20,000 bases of DNA from NCBI GenBank assembly GCA_964464605.1, contig CAYXJN010000005.1, positions 301,184 through 321,183 of the forward strand. The letters run 5' to 3'. The stretch comes from an uncultured Ignavibacteriales bacterium (GTDB lineage Bacteria > Zixibacteria > MSB-5A5 > GN15 > FEB-12). Shown piece after piece: positions 1-8,981 of this stretch (positions are counted from its first letter, which is position 1; the number at the start of each line of letters is the position of its first letter). The position numbers and the translations under genes are program-made. Under the pieces are notes generated by a model. It was given only the letters and a program-made list of their open reading frames with translations. It made no database searches and was not told where the DNA came from.

Positions 1-502
1 TTCAATATCGGTGCTTTCCGGTGATCTGCGCGAACAGGAAGCTTCTGTGCGTTCCGTATTAGGTTCTGAACTTGCCATGCAGTTTGCCTGTACCCCTCAC
101 GATAAACGTGAATATGTTACTAATCTCGTCAAGAACGGAAAACGTACGGTAATGATTGGTGACGGGTTGAATGATTCCGGCGCAATTAAAGCGGCTTCGG
201 TCGGGATTTCGGTAACCGACGATATGTCGGCATTTACCCCGGCATGCGACGGTATTCTTGACGCCGATAAACTCAGTTTGCTTGATCGGTTTCTTCGCAT
301 GGCAAAGCAAAGTAGACATGTCATTGTCGCCGCCTATGCGCTTGCGTTAGTTTATAATGTTGTCGGTTTAGCATATGCGGTAACCGGAAACTTGTCGCCG
401 CTAGTATCGGCAATTCTTATGCCGATCAGCTCCATCACTATCGTGTTATTCTCAACACTGATAACCCGCCGCGTTGCACAACGAGAAGGGTTGCTCTCGT
501 GA
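1..502 (+). CDS. ccoI: Heavy-metal (Cu) P1B-type ATPase CcoI/FixI, C-terminal part (5'-truncated by window)
   Basis: Frame is open from the window edge. Carries P-type ATPase motifs 'PHDK', 'MIGDGLND' and the TM motifs 'YNVVG' and 'AILMPISS'. Overlaps ccoS start (GTGA) at the head of the cco operon. Confidence 0.9.
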   Translation, partial: SISVLSGDLREQEASVRSVLGSELAMQFACTPHDKREYVTNLVKNGKRTVMIGDGLNDSGAIKAASVGISVTDDMSAFTPACDGILDADKLSLLDRFLRMAKQSRHVIVAAYALALVYNVVGLAYAVTGNLSPLVSAILMPISSITIVLFSTLITRRVAQREGLLS

Positions 503-687
503 GCGTCATTCTCGTTTTATTGGTTGCATCTGTTCTCGTCGCCGCCGGCTTTCTGGTGGCGTTTCTGTGGGCGGTGCGAAACGAGCAATATGATGATTTC
601 GATACACCGGCGGTACGGATACTCTTCGACAATCCGGCCGCGACACCTGATACTGAAAATAAAAACGCTTCCACCGGGGAGAATTAA
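499..687 (+). CDS. ccoS: cbb3 oxidase assembly protein CcoS/FixS
   Basis: 62 aa with a hydrophobic N-terminus followed by 'FLWAVRNEQYDDFDTPAVRIL', the typical CcoS W-x4-QyDD-x2-P motif. Lies between ccoI and ccoN. Confidence 0.92.
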   Translation: MSVILVLLVASVLVAAGFLVAFLWAVRNEQYDDFDTPAVRILFDNPAATPDTENKNASTGEN

Positions 688-690
688 TGT

Positions 691-2835
691 ATGTCGGTTG
701 AATCATTTTCGTATGACAACAAAATAGTCCGCAACTTCGCCCTTGCATCGCTCTTGTGGGGTGCGGTGGGCATGTTAGTCGGATTGATTGTTGCCATTGA
801 ACTCTATTTCCCAGGATTGAGTCTTGATAGTCCGTATCTGACTTTTTCCCGCATCCGTCCGCTGCATACGAACGCGGTAATTTTCGCCTTTGTCGGCAAC
901 GGAATTTTCATGGGCGTGTATTACTCGCTGCAGCGATTGTGCAAAGCGAGAATGTTCAGTGATACCCTTAGTAACCTCCATTTCTGGGGGTGGCAGTTGA
1001 TAATCGTTGCTGCTGCTATCAGTCTTCCGTTGGGGTTCACTACCAGCAAGGAGTACGCTGAACTTGAATGGCCGATCGATATTCTCATTGCGGTTGTCTG
1101 GATTATCTTCGGATGGAACATGTTCGGCACGATTGCAAAACGGCGGGAAAAGCATTTGTACGTTGCTATCTGGTTTTATATTGCCACCTGGGTAACGGTA
1201 ACGATGCTGCACGTGGTCAATTCGCTTGAGCTTCCGGTATCATTCATGAAGAGCTATCCGATTTACGCCGGTGTACAGGATGCGCTGGTGCAGTGGTGGT
1301 ACGGTCATAATGCGGTCGCGTTCTTTCTTACCACTCCCTATTTAGGGCTGATGTATTATTTCATGCCGAAAGCGGCCGACCGGCCAGTTTTCTCCTATCG
1401 ACTTTCTATTATTCACTTCTGGGCGCTTGTGTTTTTATATATCTGGGCCGGGCCGCACCATCTGTTGTATTCCTCGTTGCCTGATTGGGCGCAGTCGCTG
1501 GGCACGGTATTCTCGATTATGCTGCTTGCACCCTCATGGGGTGGCATGCTGAACGGGTTGCTGACGCTTCGGGGCGCATGGGATAAGGTGCGGGAAGATG
1601 TCGTATTGAAATTCATGGTAGTTGCGGTTACCGCTTACGGAATGGCGACCTTTGAAGGGCCGCTTTTGTCAATAAAGAGCGTCAACGCGCTGTCTCATTT
1701 TACCGACTGGACGATTGCCCATGTGCATATCGGAGCCCTCGGGTGGAACGGGTTTTTGACTTTCGGTATTCTCTATTGGCTGATTCCCCGGCTGTACAAA
1801 ACGAAATTATATTCTGACAAACTGGCCAACCTGCATTTCTGGATTGGTACTATCGGCATCGTCGTCTATGCGCTTCCGATGTACTTTGCCGGTATCACTC
1901 AGGGATTGATGTGGAAAGAGTTTACCCCGGAAGGAATTCTCAAATATCCTAATTTTCTTGAGACTGTTCAGCAGTTGATACCGATGTACATTATACGGTC
2001 AGTCGGTGGAACGCTGTATTTGGCCGGTGTCATCGTCGGTATTTATAACGTGTTCAAAACGATGAAACAGGGTCGACTGCTTGCTGATGAACCGGCTCAA
2101 GCTCAGGCGCTTGTTCACGAAGCGCCGACGGCGCCAAAAGCACGTTTCACCCATCGGGCGCTGGAAGGGAAAGCTGTTCCCTTTACTATTTTGGCGGTAA
2201 TCGCTGTCGTTATCGGCGGCCTGATCGAAATGCTGCCGACGTTTCTGGTAAAATCAAATATACCGACTATCGCCGCCGTCACGCCGCTTTCACCGTTGGA
2301 GCTTGAAGGGCGCGATCTTTACATTCGCGACGGGTGCAATAACTGTCATTCACAGTTGATTCGTCCCTTCCGCTCAGAAACGGAGCGGTACGGTGATTAT
2401 TCAAAAGCGGGTGAATATGTGTTTGACCATCCCTTCCTGTGGGGTTCAAAACGAACCGGTCCGGATCTCACGCGGGTAGGCGGGAAGTATCCTGACGCCT
2501 GGCATTTCAATCATATGAATGACCCGACATCGATGTCACCCGGTTCAATTATGCCGAAATTCCCCTGGTTAGCCGAGAATACGCTTGATACTGAATCGAC
2601 GGCGTCAAAAATCCGTGCGTTGCGCGCCCTGGGCGTCCCATACGCAAACAACTACGACCAGCAGGCGAATGCAGATTTGACTCGACAGGCTGATTCGATC
2701 TCAGTCAATCTGCGCGATGCAGGTATCGATTGTGCAAGCGATAAAGAGATTATTGCGTTGATTGCCTATTTGCAGCGGCTCGGCGCCGATATTAAAAATG
2801 CCGGACAACAGGCAAATCTGCCGGAAGGGAGGTAG
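691..2835 (+). CDS. ccoNO: cbb3-type cytochrome c oxidase subunits I+II, fused CcoN-CcoO
   Basis: CcoN motifs RPLHTNAVIFAF, QWWYGHNAV, WAGPHHL and HVH are present. In the same frame follow the CcoO motifs CNNCH, WGSKRTGPDL and SIMP. Confidence 0.97.
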   Translation: MSVESFSYDNKIVRNFALASLLWGAVGMLVGLIVAIELYFPGLSLDSPYLTFSRIRPLHTNAVIFAFVGNGIFMGVYYSLQRLCKARMFSDTLSNLHFWGWQLIIVAAAISLPLGFTTSKEYAELEWPIDILIAVVWIIFGWNMFGTIAKRREKHLYVAIWFYIATWVTVTMLHVVNSLELPVSFMKSYPIYAGVQDALVQWWYGHNAVAFFLTTPYLGLMYYFMPKAADRPVFSYRLSIIHFWALVFLYIWAGPHHLLYSSLPDWAQSLGTVFSIMLLAPSWGGMLNGLLTLRGAWDKVREDVVLKFMVVAVTAYGMATFEGPLLSIKSVNALSHFTDWTIAHVHIGALGWNGFLTFGILYWLIPRLYKTKLYSDKLANLHFWIGTIGIVVYALPMYFAGITQGLMWKEFTPEGILKYPNFLETVQQLIPMYIIRSVGGTLYLAGVIVGIYNVFKTMKQGRLLADEPAQAQALVHEAPTAPKARFTHRALEGKAVPFTILAVIAVVIGGLIEMLPTFLVKSNIPTIAAVTPLSPLELEGRDLYIRDGCNNCHSQLIRPFRSETERYGDYSKAGEYVFDHPFLWGSKRTGPDLTRVGGKYPDAWHFNHMNDPTSMSPGSIMPKFPWLAENTLDTESTASKIRALRALGVPYANNYDQQANADLTRQADSISVNLRDAGIDCASDKEIIALIAYLQRLGADIKNAGQQANLPEGR

Positions 2836-2838
2836 CCG

Positions 2839-3027
2839 ATGCTGCGTGAAGCTATACTGAATGTCGATAATATAGAAGTATTCGGCGCGATAGCGCTAGT
2901 TGTCATGCTTCTGGTTTTTGCCGGAGTTATTGTCTGGGTCGTCCGGCTCGACAAGCAGGTTATCGATACGCTCGGACGTTTGCCGCTTGATTCTGCAGCG
3001 AAAGGAGAGGAGGCCGACCGTGTCTGA
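2839..3027 (+). CDS. ccoQ: cbb3 oxidase small subunit CcoQ
   Basis: 62 aa, single TM helix followed by 'GRLPLD'. GGGAGG RBS upstream. Sits between ccoO and ccoP. Confidence 0.85.
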   Translation: MLREAILNVDNIEVFGAIALVVMLLVFAGVIVWVVRLDKQVIDTLGRLPLDSAAKGEEADRV

Positions 3028-3685
3028 AAATTACGATGAAAAACTCATGACTGATCATGAGTATGACGGTATTTACGAACTGGATAATGATCTCCCGCAA
3101 TGGTGGGTGTGGCTGTTCAATCTCTGTATCGTCTGGGCTGTTTTATACATGGCATATTTCCATATTTTGGGAATAGGCTATCTCAGTGCCGATGAATATA
3201 AAAAAGAAGTAAACCCCAATTATGTTCGTTCAGAAAGCGGGCCACCGAAACTTTTCGGCATTTTCCCCGAATACCGGCCGGTATATTACGATGATAAGCA
3301 ACATCGCCGGGCTGTCGGCGTACCGCTGAAAGTGTTTGTCGAGGAAAAGCGTGAAAGCGATACCATGACGTATGTCGCCTTGACCGATCAGGCATCGCTT
3401 GCAGGCGGCAAGGAGATATTTACCGCCAAGTGTGTTTCCTGCCACGGCAAATTTGGTGAGGGAGGGATCGGACCAAATCTCACCGATCAATACTGGCTGC
3501 ACGGCGGAGACTTCAGCAATATCCTGAAGACCGTCAAGTTCGGCGTTCCGACAAAGGGAATGATAACCTGGCGATATGAACTCAAACCCGAGCAGATTCT
3601 GCAGGTTGCCAGTTTTGTCGCGACATTACAAGGTACAAACCCGCCGAACGGCAAGGCGCCACAGGGAGAATTACTGACGAAATAA
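3020..3685 (+). CDS. ccoP: cbb3 oxidase subunit III CcoP, monohaem type (221 aa from GTG)
   Basis: N-terminal FixP_N motif 'DHEYDGIYELDNDLPQWW', one CVSCH, 'GPNLTDQYWLHGG' and distal Met in 'KGM'. Start placed at GTG 3020 after GGAGAGGAGG, not at the ORF-track 2900. Confidence 0.92.
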   Translation: MSENYDEKLMTDHEYDGIYELDNDLPQWWVWLFNLCIVWAVLYMAYFHILGIGYLSADEYKKEVNPNYVRSESGPPKLFGIFPEYRPVYYDDKQHRRAVGVPLKVFVEEKRESDTMTYVALTDQASLAGGKEIFTAKCVSCHGKFGEGGIGPNLTDQYWLHGGDFSNILKTVKFGVPTKGMITWRYELKPEQILQVASFVATLQGTNPPNGKAPQGELLTK

Positions 3686-3692
3686 ACGGAAT

Positions 3693-5084
3693 ATGAACGA
3701 TTCATTTCGGGATACGCTGGCGACCATCGATAAGCGAGGGAAACGGATGTGGGTTTATCCTACGCAACCGAAGGGAAAATACTACTCTATCCGGACTGTG
3801 CTTTCCTTTTTCCTGCTCGCATTTTTGTTCGGTGCGCCGTTTATCCGGGTGGATGGACATCCGTTTCTCCAGTTCGATATACTCAACCGGCATTTTTATA
3901 TTTTCGGATTGGTCTTCTGGCCGCAGGATCTCCATTTGTTCGTGCTGGCAGGCATAACTTTTTTCGTGTTTATCATTCTCTTTACCACCGTTTATGGCCG
4001 GTTGTTCTGCGGATGGATTTGCCCGCAGACGATTTTTCTTGAGATGGTATTCCGTAAAATCGAATACATCATTGAAGGAAACGGGCCAAGGCAGAAACAA
4101 CTTGATCATGCGGAATGGTCGCCGCAGAAACTGTTCAAAAAGAGCAGCAAGCTCATTATTTTTTATGCGATCGCGTTTCTTATCGGCAACACGTTTCTCG
4201 CTTACATTATAGGTATCGAGAGTCTCTGGGATATCGTTTCCTCGCCGCCAACGGAACATCTTACCGGTTTTATCGCCATGGTGATTTTTTCTTTTATCTT
4301 CTTCTGGGTATTCACCTGGTTTCGGGAGCAAGCCTGTACCCTTGTTTGTCCGTACGGGCGCCTGCAGGGGGTCTTGCTCGACAAAAACTCAATGGTGGTT
4401 ATGTATGATTTCAAACGGGGTGAGCCGCGCGGACCGGCCAAGCGCAATCAAACGCGTGTGGGTGGTGATTGTATCGAATGTGACGCCTGTGTGAGAGTAT
4501 GTCCGACCGGAATCGACATTCGTAACGGCATACAACTGGAGTGTGTTAACTGTACGGCATGTATGGATGCTTGCGACCGGACGATGGAGCGAATGAAATT
4601 TCCGACCGGCCTTATTCGTTATGCTTCGCAAGATCAGATTACCTACGGCGGATCGCGAAAAATAACACCGCGAATCATACTATATTCGACAATATTTCTT
4701 GTTCTTCTCGGAGTCACGTCGACGCTGCTGATTTTACGATCGGAAGTCGAAGCATCCATCCTGCGGACGACCGGGTCGCTCTATGAAGAATTGCCGGACG
4801 GGAACATCCGAAACCTCTATACTATTCGGGTGACGAACAAAACGTCAAAAGAACTGCCTGTCACGCTCAAGCTTGCCGGCAACCGCGGGACTATTGAACT
4901 GGTCGGACCGGAACTAACCGCCCCGCCCAACGGGCAGGACCAATCGGTTTTTACCATCGTTATTCCGAAAAAAAATCTTTTCACATCGAATACGCCGGTT
5001 GTTGTTGAATTGTATTCTCAGGATGAACTTCTGGAAACAGTTCCTACAACTTTCGACGGACCGATGCCGGGAAAATCAAAATGA
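3693..5084 (+). CDS. ccoG: Cytochrome c oxidase accessory protein CcoG/FixG (4Fe-4S membrane protein)
   Basis: Motifs GRLFCGWICPQT, CPYGRLQ, CIECDACVRVCPTGIDIR and CVNCTACMDAC, followed by a C-terminal beta-rich domain. Confidence 0.96.
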   Translation: MNDSFRDTLATIDKRGKRMWVYPTQPKGKYYSIRTVLSFFLLAFLFGAPFIRVDGHPFLQFDILNRHFYIFGLVFWPQDLHLFVLAGITFFVFIILFTTVYGRLFCGWICPQTIFLEMVFRKIEYIIEGNGPRQKQLDHAEWSPQKLFKKSSKLIIFYAIAFLIGNTFLAYIIGIESLWDIVSSPPTEHLTGFIAMVIFSFIFFWVFTWFREQACTLVCPYGRLQGVLLDKNSMVVMYDFKRGEPRGPAKRNQTRVGGDCIECDACVRVCPTGIDIRNGIQLECVNCTACMDACDRTMERMKFPTGLIRYASQDQITYGGSRKITPRIILYSTIFLVLLGVTSTLLILRSEVEASILRTTGSLYEELPDGNIRNLYTIRVTNKTSKELPVTLKLAGNRGTIELVGPELTAPPNGQDQSVFTIVIPKKNLFTSNTPVVVELYSQDELLETVPTTFDGPMPGKSK

Positions 5085-5560
5085 CTCAGCAAAAACCAAA
5101 AAGCCTGTGGGGGAAAGGGGTCTGGATAGCCTACGGCACTTTTGTATTGTTCATGCTCGGAATTGTTGCCTTTGCAGCGTACCAGCATTTTGATCTGGTC
5201 GAGCCGGATTATTACGAGAAAGGGCTTGAGTACCAGCATCGGCTTGATGGGTCTGCCAGAACCCGAACAGAGCAAAAGCAGCCCGTCATATCATTCACGT
5301 CTGACTTGAAGCAGATACAAATCTGCTTTCCGCACAGTGAGGCTGCCGATGTCATGAAAGGTACGATTTTGTTCTTTCGACCGTCGACTGCGGCTTACGA
5401 CATTCGTGATTCGCTTACTCTTGATGCAAGTGGCTGCCAGACGATAATGGATACACGGCTTATGCCGGGCTATTGGCGTGTCAAAATCGATTGGATAGAA
5501 AACAGTCAGCAATACTATTATGAGCAGCAGCTCTTTCTTGAAACGGAGCAGGGCAGATGA
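5081..5560 (+). CDS. ccoH: FixH/CcoH family protein
   Basis: N-terminal TM helix followed by 'DLVEPDYYEKGLEYQ', 'FFRPS' and 'GYWRVKIDW'. ATGA overlap with ccoG. Confidence 0.88.
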   Translation: MTQQKPKSLWGKGVWIAYGTFVLFMLGIVAFAAYQHFDLVEPDYYEKGLEYQHRLDGSARTRTEQKQPVISFTSDLKQIQICFPHSEAADVMKGTILFFRPSTAAYDIRDSLTLDASGCQTIMDTRLMPGYWRVKIDWIENSQQYYYEQQLFLETEQGR

Positions 5561-6285
5561 TGGAAGGTATGCTCTGGTCGGCGCTGTCATTGGGCTTTAT
5601 CGGTAGCCTGCACTGCGTATGCATGTGCGGACCGATTGCCGTTGCGTTGCCCAAACAGGCGAAGAATAAATTTACCTTCATCGTAAATCGCCTGATATAC
5701 AATGTGGGAAGAGTATTAACCTATGTCCTGTTAGGGAGTGTTTGCGGAGTCGTCGGTGGAATAATTGCGATGGCGGGATTTCAACAGGTCATGTCGATCG
5801 CTGCCGGAATAGCAATCATCGCAGCTTTATGCGTGCCGAAACTGACTCGGCTGCTCAATACTGATGCATCGATTCTCAAATTTGTAAATCGTGTTGGAGA
5901 TACGTGGCGGCGACTGTTTAACTCACCGCGCGCGCTTTCTTTTTTGGGGATAGGCGTTCTCAACGGATTCCTGCCGTGCGGTTTGTTGTACGTTGCTTTG
6001 GTAGCGGCAGCAACAAGCGCCGGAGCGGTTCAAGGTGCGGAATATATGCTGCTTTTTGGATTAGGCACGTTCCCGGCTATGCTGCTTATTTCCGTGATGG
6101 GCGGCTTGCTGCCGCTTTGGTTGCGCCGGACAGCATCGCGCGCCATTCCTGCCGGGGCCATGCTTTTGGCCGTATTGTTAGTGTTGCGGGGACTGTCATT
6201 GGGAATTCCGTATATAAGCCCGAATCTGAATGCATCGAAACCTGCGGGTGCATCACCGACTGCCGTGCATGATTGCTGCAAATAA
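5557..6285 (+). CDS. DsbD_2 / TauE-SafE-like membrane protein of cco operons (probable Cu/thiol assembly factor)
   Basis: Motifs 'GSLHCVCMCGP', 'YNVGR', 'NGFLPCGLLY' and 'FGLGT', about 6-7 TM helices and a C-terminal HDCC. Confidence 0.88.
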   Translation: MMEGMLWSALSLGFIGSLHCVCMCGPIAVALPKQAKNKFTFIVNRLIYNVGRVLTYVLLGSVCGVVGGIIAMAGFQQVMSIAAGIAIIAALCVPKLTRLLNTDASILKFVNRVGDTWRRLFNSPRALSFLGIGVLNGFLPCGLLYVALVAAATSAGAVQGAEYMLLFGLGTFPAMLLISVMGGLLPLWLRRTASRAIPAGAMLLAVLLVLRGLSLGIPYISPNLNASKPAGASPTAVHDCCK

Positions 6286-6376
6286 TGCTGAAGGCAAGAT
6301 GGAAGAACGCTTTTGTATCTGGGCGTCGACTTCTGCTACTTGTTTCTTCTGGTTAGGCGCGTGAAAGGCGCACTGC

Positions 6377-8503
6377 TTACCGTTTGACGTCGGTGAGGCC
6401 ATGTTTTTGAAGAAGAGAATAGAGCTGTCCTCGCGAAATCCCCAGCAGCTTTGCGGCTTTAGATTTATTCTCCTTCGCTTTTGCCATCGCTTTCACTAAC
6501 ATCTCCTTCTCAACCGTTTCAAGCGCAACTCCTTCAACCGGAAAATCTACAGAAGCGGGAGCGGCAGCGGCGATACGTGCTGATTGTGGTCGTGATACGG
6601 TGATTGGTAAATGTTCTCTTGTAACCAACCCACCCTGACAGAGAATCACCGCGCGCTCGATTGCATTGCGGAGTTCACGCACATTACCGGGCCAATTGTG
6701 TACTAACAATTGTTCTCGTGCGTCTTCTGATATACCTGCCGCAGGACGGCCGATACTTCTCCCAACCTCTTCTAAGAATGTTTCCGCAAACGTGAGTATA
6801 TCGTCCGGCCGCTCACGAAGCGGGGGGAGATGAATTTCAAATGTACAGAGCCGATAGTATAGATCTTCACGGAATGATCCATTTGCAATGGACGTGCGTG
6901 GGTCCCGGTTTGTTGCGGCAACAATTCGCACGTCTGCTTTAATCGTTCTCGCGCCGCCGACCCGGTTGAATTCCCGCTCCTGCAACACCCGCAGCAGTTT
7001 TGCCTGCATTGGTGGTGCCATCTCTCCGATTTCATCTAAGAAGAGCACACCTCCATTTGCCTGTTCGATTTTTCCGATTCGTGCTTCGACAGCACCCGTA
7101 AATGCACCCCGCTCATGCCCGAATAACTCCGATTCCAGCAGATGTTCCGAAATCGCCGCACAATTGAGTGCGATGAACGGCCCCTTTTCTCGTTTCGAAC
7201 CGCGATGAATATATCTGGCTATCACTTCTTTACCGGTTCCTGATTCTCCGGTGATGAGCACAGTTGTATCAGTTGCTGCTACCTGAGTGGCAAGGGCCAA
7301 AGCTTCCTTCCATGCTGGAGAACTGCCTATTGCCCGGTGTGCACTGTACCTGTCCAGCTCATGAGTAAGGACGGCAACCTTTTTCTCCAATTGCTGGGCG
7401 CGTTCTTCGGTGAGAGCAATCAGCCGTTCTTCATCTGCGAGTTTCTGGTGTGCGAGTGCGAGTGCGACAAGATCCGTGATACGGGAGGCGAGCATTCCAT
7501 CCTCTGCATCATATGCGTCAGGTTTACTTGACATGAATGCAATACCGCCGATCGGTTTGTCTTTGCTTCGGATAGGGACGCGCATAGTCGAGCGAATACC
7601 TGCCCGCGAAACGAAGTTTACCCAATTCTTACCGGGTCGCACAACCACTTCCACAGGTGGAGTCACATGCTTCGGGGAAATTCGCGCCTTGACCGACTCG
7701 GCATCTACCGGAGACAGATCATAGGCCAACAGAAATTGCCAGTTCGCGTCGAGCGCTTCCTGTTCGTTGCTAAATCGGTATTCCGGAAGCTCCATTACCC
7801 CCATAACTGTAGCCGCCTGAACCCGGACTCCGCCGCGATCGGGGCTGAGTAGAGCAAATGCAAGAACATCATGCGGAACGACTTCCTTAATCACTGTGGA
7901 CATCTGAACGAATACCTTTCGCACATCGAGCGATTGCGCAATGGTAGGCACCAGCGTTTCGAATTTCGCCCGCCTTCGCTGACGAATCTGTTCCTTTTCC
8001 CAGAGTTGCTCTCGTTCGGTTGCTATAGCTAAGTATTCCTTGATTGGTTCGAGCGCTCGCACATGCGTGTCGTTGAAATCATCTGCTTTATTGCTTGTCA
8101 TAATAAGCAGGCCGACCTCACCATGTTCAGTGGTGAGCGGTGCAAGCAGTAAAGACTGAGCGCCTGATTCTATCAACGTGCGATCCCCTTCGTAACTTCG
8201 GTCGAGTACCTCACTCGCATTCTTTATAATGTAGGTAGCTGCATTTGTGCGTGGCCAGAGTTTTTCAGAATACCGTCTGCGCAAGGTGGGAATAGGTTTA
8301 GGCTGTTCCGATGCTCCACGCTGTACCGTTACTGATTGAACCGCCGCTTCATCTTCGAGAAAAACAAGCTGGGCGTTGTCGTATGGAATCGATTTTTCGA
8401 GTGTCGATATCACACGAACAAAAAGCGTGACGAGACCCTCATACGATGGTTGTTCCTTCGATCCTTCTGTGCTAGTGTCGCTGGGTTTTGGGGGCGGAAA
8501 CAT
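6377..8503 (-). CDS. Sigma54-dependent transcriptional activator (GAF-GAF-AAA+-Fis-type HTH; NifA/FhlA-like architecture)
   Basis: Walker [24 protein letters not shown], Walker [18 protein letters not shown] and HTH '[17 protein letters not shown]'. Two GAF-like segments ('SLLLAPL...GLL...F', 'STMRVPI...GGI...Y'). No receiver domain. Confidence 0.95.
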   Translation of the reverse strand: MFPPPKPSDTSTEGSKEQPSYEGLVTLFVRVISTLEKSIPYDNAQLVFLEDEAAVQSVTVQRGASEQPKPIPTLRRRYSEKLWPRTNAATYIIKNASEVLDRSYEGDRTLIESGAQSLLLAPLTTEHGEVGLLIMTSNKADDFNDTHVRALEPIKEYLAIATEREQLWEKEQIRQRRRAKFETLVPTIAQSLDVRKVFVQMSTVIKEVVPHDVLAFALLSPDRGGVRVQAATVMGVMELPEYRFSNEQEALDANWQFLLAYDLSPVDAESVKARISPKHVTPPVEVVVRPGKNWVNFVSRAGIRSTMRVPIRSKDKPIGGIAFMSSKPDAYDAEDGMLASRITDLVALALAHQKLADEERLIALTEERAQQLEKKVAVLTHELDRYSAHRAIGSSPAWKEALALATQVAATDTTVLITGESGTGKEVIARYIHRGSKREKGPFIALNCAAISEHLLESELFGHERGAFTGAVEARIGKIEQANGGVLFLDEIGEMAPPMQAKLLRVLQEREFNRVGGARTIKADVRIVAATNRDPRTSIANGSFREDLYYRLCTFEIHLPPLRERPDDILTFAETFLEEVGRSIGRPAAGISEDAREQLLVHNWPGNVRELRNAIERAVILCQGGLVTREHLPITVSRPQSARIAAAAPASVDFPVEGVALETVEKEMLVKAMAKAKENKSKAAKLLGISRGQLYSLLQKHGLTDVKR

Positions 8504-8545
8504 GATGCGATTCTATCAGCCACCCATAGACTTTGTCAAGCTGCA

Positions 8546-8580
8546 TTGTCCATTTATGGACAACTGTCCAATCCCAGACA
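8546..8580. promoter_or_regulatory. Tandem upstream activator sequences (two TGT-N10-ACA boxes)
   Basis: TTGTCCAT-TT-ATGGACAA (8546-8563, perfect 8-bp arms) is followed by TGTCCAATCCCAGACA (8565-8580). They lie about 120-150 bp upstream of the predicted sigma54 start site. Confidence 0.75.
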
Positions 8581-8670
8581 CCTCAAACCACCAAACGGTC
8601 ATTTCCGGGCGCTCTCGTAAAACGCTACATCCCATAGACTTATAAACCTATTTCGGGTGCTCGAATGCGA

Positions 8671-8687
8671 TTGGCACACCGATCGCA
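8671..8687 (+). promoter_or_regulatory. Sigma54 (RpoN) -24/-12 promoter
   Basis: TTGGCAC-ACCGA-TCGCA versus consensus TGGCAC-N5-TTGCW. GG at 8673-74 and GC at 8685-86 have exact spacing. Adjacent to the divergent sigma54 activator. Confidence 0.85.
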
Positions 8688-8699
8688 ATACAAGTCGCC

Positions 8700-8969
8700 A
8701 TGCACAAGAACGTTGAAATACTGATCGGCCGACTGGCCACTGACCCGACGCTGCTCGAGCACTTTGCAAAGAATCCTCTCGCAGTTCTTCGCGAGCAAGG
8801 ACTCGAACTCAACGCGATCGAGTTGGATGCCTTAGCCGCCACCAGTCCCAAGGCGTTCAGTGCGCTCACCGCTGCGCTCGATGCTCGCATTTGTAAAGCA
8901 TCGATAGCGATCGAAAATCGGTCCAATCGCGGCATAACAACAACGGAATCGCAAAAAGATTCCAAGTAA
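8700..8969 (+). CDS. Small helical protein resembling the Os1348-type NHLP (nitrile hydratase leader peptide) clan
   Basis: 'VEILIGRLATDPTLLEHFAKNPLAVLREQGLELNAIELDAL' matches the NHLP-like pattern (I-x-R-x-x-x-D-x5-F-x-x-x-P-x3-L-x3-G-x-x-L). First gene after the sigma54 promoter. Family assignment is from recall. Confidence 0.7.
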   Translation: MHKNVEILIGRLATDPTLLEHFAKNPLAVLREQGLELNAIELDALAATSPKAFSALTAALDARICKASIAIENRSNRGITTTESQKDSK

Positions 8970-8981
8970 GGAGACGGTACA

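Noticed and set aside
2900..3019. ORF-track N-terminal extension of ccoP
   Set aside because: It overlaps ccoQ almost entirely. A strong RBS precedes GTG 3020 and the CcoP motif begins right after it.
6286..6376. Bidirectional terminator between the convergent cco operon and activator
   Set aside because: Only a weak 4-bp GCGC/GCGC stem was found, with no convincing U-tract.
6377..8580. nifA / nitrogen fixation regulation
   Set aside because: The GAF-AAA architecture and TGT-N10-ACA are shared by many bEBPs, there are no nif genes here, and the protein has two GAF-like domains.
8700..8969. Bona fide RiPP biosynthetic cluster
   Set aside because: No modifying enzyme, peptidase or exporter is in the window, and there is no evident leader/core cleavage motif.
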